33,360 bases of DNA from SAR202 cluster bacterium (GTDB lineage Bacteria; Chloroflexota; Dehalococcoidia; Lucifugimonadales; UBA826). Position numbers and translations under genes: made by a program. Location of the stretch: contig VFFY01000137.1 of NCBI GenBank assembly GCA_009392675.1, forward strand, positions 1 to 33,360, given 5' to 3'. Below the pieces are notes generated by a model that saw only the letters and a list, made by a program, of their open reading frames with translations, did not search any database and was not told where the DNA came from. Of this stretch, positions 31,662 through 33,360 are shown piece by piece (the first letter of the stretch is position 1; each line of letters starts with the position of its first letter).

Positions 31662-32663
31662 ATGACTACGGTTGGAATAATAGCGAATCCCTCGGCTGGT
31701 AAGGACATAAGACGACTTATCTCTCAAAGCAGATTCGTTTCAAATCAGGAAAAGGTCAATACTTTACGAAGAGTCATTAAAGGACTTTCCGGGGTTGGCG
31801 TAAATGAAGTATTACTTATGCCGGATTATGGACGTATCGCACAAGAAGCTGTCTCTAATTTACAGGAGATCATTTCTGTAAGGTTTCTTGAAATGAGTAT
31901 TTTCAATTCCGAACAAGATACCATTACTGCAGCAAAATTGATGGAAAATCACGGAGCTTCTGCCATTGTCACTTTGGGGGGTGACGGTACCAATCGTGCC
32001 GTGGCTTTAGGCACATGCGAGGTTCCGATTATGCCATTGTCTACCGGTACCAATAATGTGTTTCCATTCTTGATTGAGGGAACATTAGCAGGTATGGCCG
32101 CAGGAACTGTGGCAGCTCACTTAGTTGATAGAGAGTTATGTGCCCCTAGGTGTAAAAAAATGAATGTGTATAAGAGCCGGGATATGGCAATGGATCTGGT
32201 TGATACGGCTTTAGTGGACATAGCTATATCAACAGAAACCTATGTTGGTGCACGGGCTATTTGGGATATAAACACAGTGTCGGAGATATTTTTAGCTATT
32301 GCCAAACCTGACAGTATAGGACTTTCCTCTATTGGAGGTCTTACGAACCCAATATCCGAAACGGATTCCCATGGACTTCACATTGAAATAGAGAAACAGA
32401 TCAATTCCAAGTACGTTTCTGCTCCTCTGACTTCAGGTAATATTGCCAAAGTTGGAATCAAGAATATTTCTCACATGACCCCAAACCATCCATATGTGGT
32501 GAAAAGATCTCCATGCACCATAGCTTTAGATGGTGAGCGATCAATACCTTTACGAAATGGAGATTCAATCACGATAGTTTTAACCGGGGACGGCCCTCCA
32601 GTAATAGACCCTCACAAAACCCTAAAAATAGTTGGCCAAAACAAGATATATTTTAACGAATAG
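31662..32663 (+). CDS. ATP-NAD kinase-like protein (AcoX-like / COG3199-type)
   Basis: 333 aa. VGIIANPSAGKD N-terminus, a GGDGTNRAV motif and PLSTGTNNVF. These resemble NAD kinase / diacylglycerol kinase-fold proteins annotated as AcoX. Confidence 0.7.
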   Translation: MTTVGIIANPSAGKDIRRLISQSRFVSNQEKVNTLRRVIKGLSGVGVNEVLLMPDYGRIAQEAVSNLQEIISVRFLEMSIFNSEQDTITAAKLMENHGASAIVTLGGDGTNRAVALGTCEVPIMPLSTGTNNVFPFLIEGTLAGMAAGTVAAHLVDRELCAPRCKKMNVYKSRDMAMDLVDTALVDIAISTETYVGARAIWDINTVSEIFLAIAKPDSIGLSSIGGLTNPISETDSHGLHIEIEKQINSKYVSAPLTSGNIAKVGIKNISHMTPNHPYVVKRSPCTIALDGERSIPLRNGDSITIVLTGDGPPVIDPHKTLKIVGQNKIYFNE

Positions 32664-32666
32664 TAT

Positions 32667-33224
32667 TTAAGAACCAATTAACGATTTTACTTTGTTGTAG
32701 TCAACGACGGCAGAATCCTTTTCCCCGGTAGCCCACAACGCCATGCCACGGTTGTTATATGCATACCAATATTCACTATCAATTTCTATGGCCTGAGTAA
32801 AATCATTGATAGCGTTGGGGTAATCCTCTTTATCTGAGAGTGCCATTCCACGGTTATTATAGGCATCCCTATATTCGTTGTTTAATTCGATTGCTTTATT
32901 GAAGTCCTTGATTGCATTATCAGGGTCACCAAGGCATCGTAGGCAAATTCCCCTATTGTTTAATGAAATAGAATCTGATGGATCCATTCCTATTATTGCT
33001 GAATAATCCAATATAGCTTCTTCATACTTTCCTTTATCTAGGTATGCGTTGCCCCTGCGGAACAATAGAGCTTTATCTTCTGGAGCTGAATGTAAAAGAG
33101 AGGTGAGGGATTCGATCAAATCCTGTAGGTAGTCCATATCACTTTTGGAGCTTAAGTCCGGATCATTTTTCCAATTCAATGACATCAAAATATCCTTTAT
33201 CTGACCTAGAGAATTCTCGTGCAT
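32667..33224 (-). CDS. Tetratricopeptide (TPR) repeat protein
   Basis: 185 aa with four or more 34-aa repeats carrying recurring ..AI.D(F/Y).KAIE(L/I)(D/N)..Y..AYNNRG.AL. The ATG at 33224 is preceded by an in-frame TAA two codons upstream. Confidence 0.85.
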   Translation of the reverse strand: MHENSLGQIKDILMSLNWKNDPDLSSKSDMDYLQDLIESLTSLLHSAPEDKALLFRRGNAYLDKGKYEEAILDYSAIIGMDPSDSISLNNRGICLRCLGDPDNAIKDFNKAIELNNEYRDAYNNRGMALSDKEDYPNAINDFTQAIEIDSEYWYAYNNRGMALWATGEKDSAVVDYNKVKSLIGS

Positions 33225-33360
33225 CTTTTACCCTTAGTCTGGTAGAGAGTAAAGTGTTTTCCGGGAAATTTTGAGGGTCGTAATATCCTATATCAGTGCT
33301 TTCATTTGACATAATCAAATAGCCTGAAATTTTTTCACAAAGAAATAATGCAGTCACGTA
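33163..33360 (-). CDS. Unassigned ORF: either a 49-64 aa gene or the C-terminus of a gene starting beyond the right edge
   Basis: This reverse-strand frame stays open to base 33360, so the track's GTG 33357 start may be an artefact. It overlaps the TPR gene start by 62 nt. I recognise no motif. Confidence 0.25.
   Translation of the reverse strand, partial: YVTALFLCEKISGYLIMSNESTDIGYYDPQNFPENTLLSTRLRVKDAREFSRSDKGYFDVIELEK

Noticed and set aside
1-33360. Window-wide search by eye for CRISPR repeats, transposases, integrases, toxin-antitoxin pairs, restriction-modification or other defence modules, and for compositional islands
   Set aside because: None recognised. The only methyltransferase is a small-molecule/protein-type class I enzyme without a nuclease partner. 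Composition looks uniform apart from the Pro/Thr linker. A computational repeat and k-mer scan would be needed to exclude subtle cases.

Overview
This is a gene-dense, fairly AT-rich bacterial chromosomal window with about 33 protein genes, one tRNA and one riboswitch. I saw no transposase, integrase, CRISPR array or recognisable defence gene. Spacers are tiny and several genes overlap or abut. GGAGG-type ribosome-binding sites (RBS) are common, and TTG and GTG starts are frequent.

Housekeeping content: valS (truncated at the left edge and missing from the ORF track), leuS, leuB, argC, nth, glpK, folB, cofE, a DEAD-box helicase and tRNA-Glu(UUC).

There is a thiamin theme: a TPP riboswitch with a terminator/antiterminator platform driving thiG-thiE-thiS, a divergent Nudix hydrolase, a DUF3830-tenA pair, and a divergent ThDP enzyme.

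The 17.4-28.3 kb stretch looks more accessory. It holds a SAM methyltransferase, a YjhG/YagF-type sugar-acid dehydratase, a PAL-like NHL propeller, a 64-aa ORF coupled to an amidase-signature enzyme, an 843-aa transketolase-like protein, a Pro/Thr-linker lipoprotein protease and a serine hydrolase.

Standalone CofE, Pro/Thr linkers and the streamlined layout suggest a marine Chloroflexota (SAR202-like) or actinobacterial origin. That is a low-confidence inference.

I found no clear-cut new system. The best leads are the small-ORF/amidase pair (possible GatC/AtzG-like subunit), the long transketolase homologue, the CitE-FolB-ChlI-like ATPase operon and the DUF3830-TenA linkage. All homology calls come from motif recognition by eye, not from searches.
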